Shown one piece after another: positions 61,989-64,000 of a DNA stretch of 64,000 bases. Source of the DNA: the human T2T-CHM13v2.0 reference genome, Homo sapiens; contig CP086569.2 in NCBI GenBank assembly GCA_009914755.4, positions 14,784,001 through 14,848,000 on the forward strand, written 5' to 3'. A program made the translations under genes and the position numbers. The notes under the pieces were generated by a model. It did not search any database and was not told the origin of the DNA. It saw nothing but the letters and a program-made list of their open reading frames with translations. How positions within the stretch are numbered: the first letter of the stretch is position 1; each line of letters opens with the position of its first letter.

Positions 61989-63012
61989 GTTATGCTCTTC
62001 ATATACCTGGGGAGAATAAAACAATGAATAAACATATCCCAGAAGTTCTAGAGCAGGGGTGTCCAATCTTTTGGCTTCCCTGGGCCACATTAGAAGAAAA
62101 ATAATTGTTTTGGGCCACACATAAAATATACAAATGCTAGCAATAGCATATGAGCTAAAAAAATAAAAATAAAAAGCAAAAAAAATCTGGTGATGATTTA
62201 AGAAAGTTTACAAATTCATGTTGGGCAGCATGGAAGGCTGTCCTGAGCTGCATGTGGGCAGTAGGTTGGACAAGCTTGCTCTAGAGGCTTATGGAGAACA
62301 GAGCTCAGTCATCATTATGGGAAGATTGAATCACTGTTCTCAATTCTTCCAGCCTTCCTGCTCCAAGAATGATGCACCCATGCAGGATAGTGGCTCTGCA
62401 ATGCTGTCCCCTGCAGCAGGGAGCCGCCTTTGCTTCCTGCCATGGTGGTACTGGGCTTGGTGAGAGGATTTGGATTGGCCAGTGGGAATTGAGTGATGGC
62501 ATAAGGATCTGGCCTGGGGCCAAAGTCTCAGGGAGCCTCATGTTTCCCCTCCCACTCTGGTATTCCTGTGATCTGCTGTCAGGACAGCATGTCCACAGAG
62601 CCATCAATTAAAAAAAAAAGAATGGAATGGCATGTGAACCTTAGGTGAATACCAACTGCTGCTTGAAGGAGAGTGGCCCCAGCTCCCCTGCAGAGCCATG
62701 AATATTCAAGTGTTTTATGTTATGAATAGCTGGGTTTTGGGATGATCCCTTTTGCTCAGCATTATTGCAGCAATTGCGGCACAGTAGATGACCTAACTGT
62801 GGTCTGTCCATATAATGAAAACTGGCCTGAAGTTCATTTGACTAAAAGCAAAACAGTTCAAACAAAATAAGGATTTTGCAAAATTCCAGGAGTCTGCACA
62901 CCACCACATCTCATTTTGGGGAAAGCTCCATCACCCACAGTTCCCCACTGACAGAAAAGATATAGGTGGCTTCTTACACATAAATTTCTTATCAATATTT
63001 TGAAAAACTTCA

Positions 63013-63384
<372 letters not shown>

Positions 63385-64000
63385 AGAAAGACACTTCCCT
63401 GGTGGTAGAAACAGAAGAGAAAATGTAACAGAGAGGAGGAAGTAGTAGTGAAAAATACTAAAGTTCTGAGAATAGGAGAGCAACAAAGTGATGATAGGTG
63501 ATCAAAGTTGTCATTCAAGCTTTCTTCTCTCCATTATTCTGCCTATACTTGGGTTCGTGTTCTTGCAGGGAGGGCGTCTTAGTGATTCCAGCTGCCTATC
63601 TCTTCCGCAAGGTGGCATCTTGATGGTAATTCCCCCGGTTTCTTATTTTCACATGTATCTTCATTGTTTGAGGTAAATGGAATGACTTTCTGGCTTTGAA
63701 ACTGGGAAAATCCAATACACATGTTTGTCAAGAGGAGGCTGAATTATTTCCTTTGGTAAGGTGCTGCTGGTTTTCCCTGTATTAATGCTTATATTAGAAA
63801 ATATCTACACTGCAAGTCCAAAACACCACTCCAAATGCTTTAGAGATCTGGGCGTCGTGTGTGCTCTTATTTTTATGGTTGGTGATGGTTTTATGGTGTT
63901 TGAACAGCTGGTTGATGCCACTCATTATATTATGTACTAGGGAAGAAAAATGCTGTATCTCTTCCCCTAGGAATCCACTTGGGCATGTAGATATATACAA

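Noticed and set aside
61439-62120. Very large overlapping ORFs (up to 221 aa) on both strands rich in F/L/S or K/E/R
   Set aside because: They are translations of the (TTTC)n/(GAAA)n microsatellite. This is low-complexity sequence, not coding.

Overview
This 64 kb window is primate (almost certainly human) nuclear DNA, not a prokaryotic locus. I find no operon, defence island, CRISPR array or other novel system, and I do not think one should be forced. The organising feature is the 3' half of an anosmin-1 (ANOS1/KAL1) paralogue on the + strand. Six exon homologues sit at about 9.9 kb, 25.5 kb, 28.4 kb, 29.5 kb, 30.8 kb and 38.4 kb; their conceptual translations are roughly 90% identical to anosmin-1, judged from my recall of the protein and not from a database. 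The copy carries clear disabling lesions: an in-frame TGA in the exon-13 homologue, a 1-nt deletion frameshift in the exon-11 homologue, non-canonical splice signals around that exon, and no intact counterpart of the exon that should lie between 10.1 kb and 25.5 kb. It is therefore a pseudogene, most plausibly the Y-linked ANOS2P (KALP); that chromosomal assignment is inference. Its introns are packed with mobile DNA. A roughly 10.3 kb HERV9/LTR12 provirus lies at 10330-20648 on the + strand, with recognisable gag, protease, RT, integrase and env remnants; its 3' LTR is truncated and unusually diverged from the 5' LTR. A full-length but dead L1 lies at about 31915-38080 (+), flanked by a perfect 17-bp target-site duplication. 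There are 13 Alu or Alu-monomer copies on both strands. There are several older L1 3'-end fragments, one pair arranged as a twin-priming style inversion. There are numerous microsatellites, including a roughly 520-bp (TTTC)n polypyrimidine tract. Most large ORFs in the six-frame track are artefacts of repeats, GC-rich LTR sequence or low-complexity tracts.
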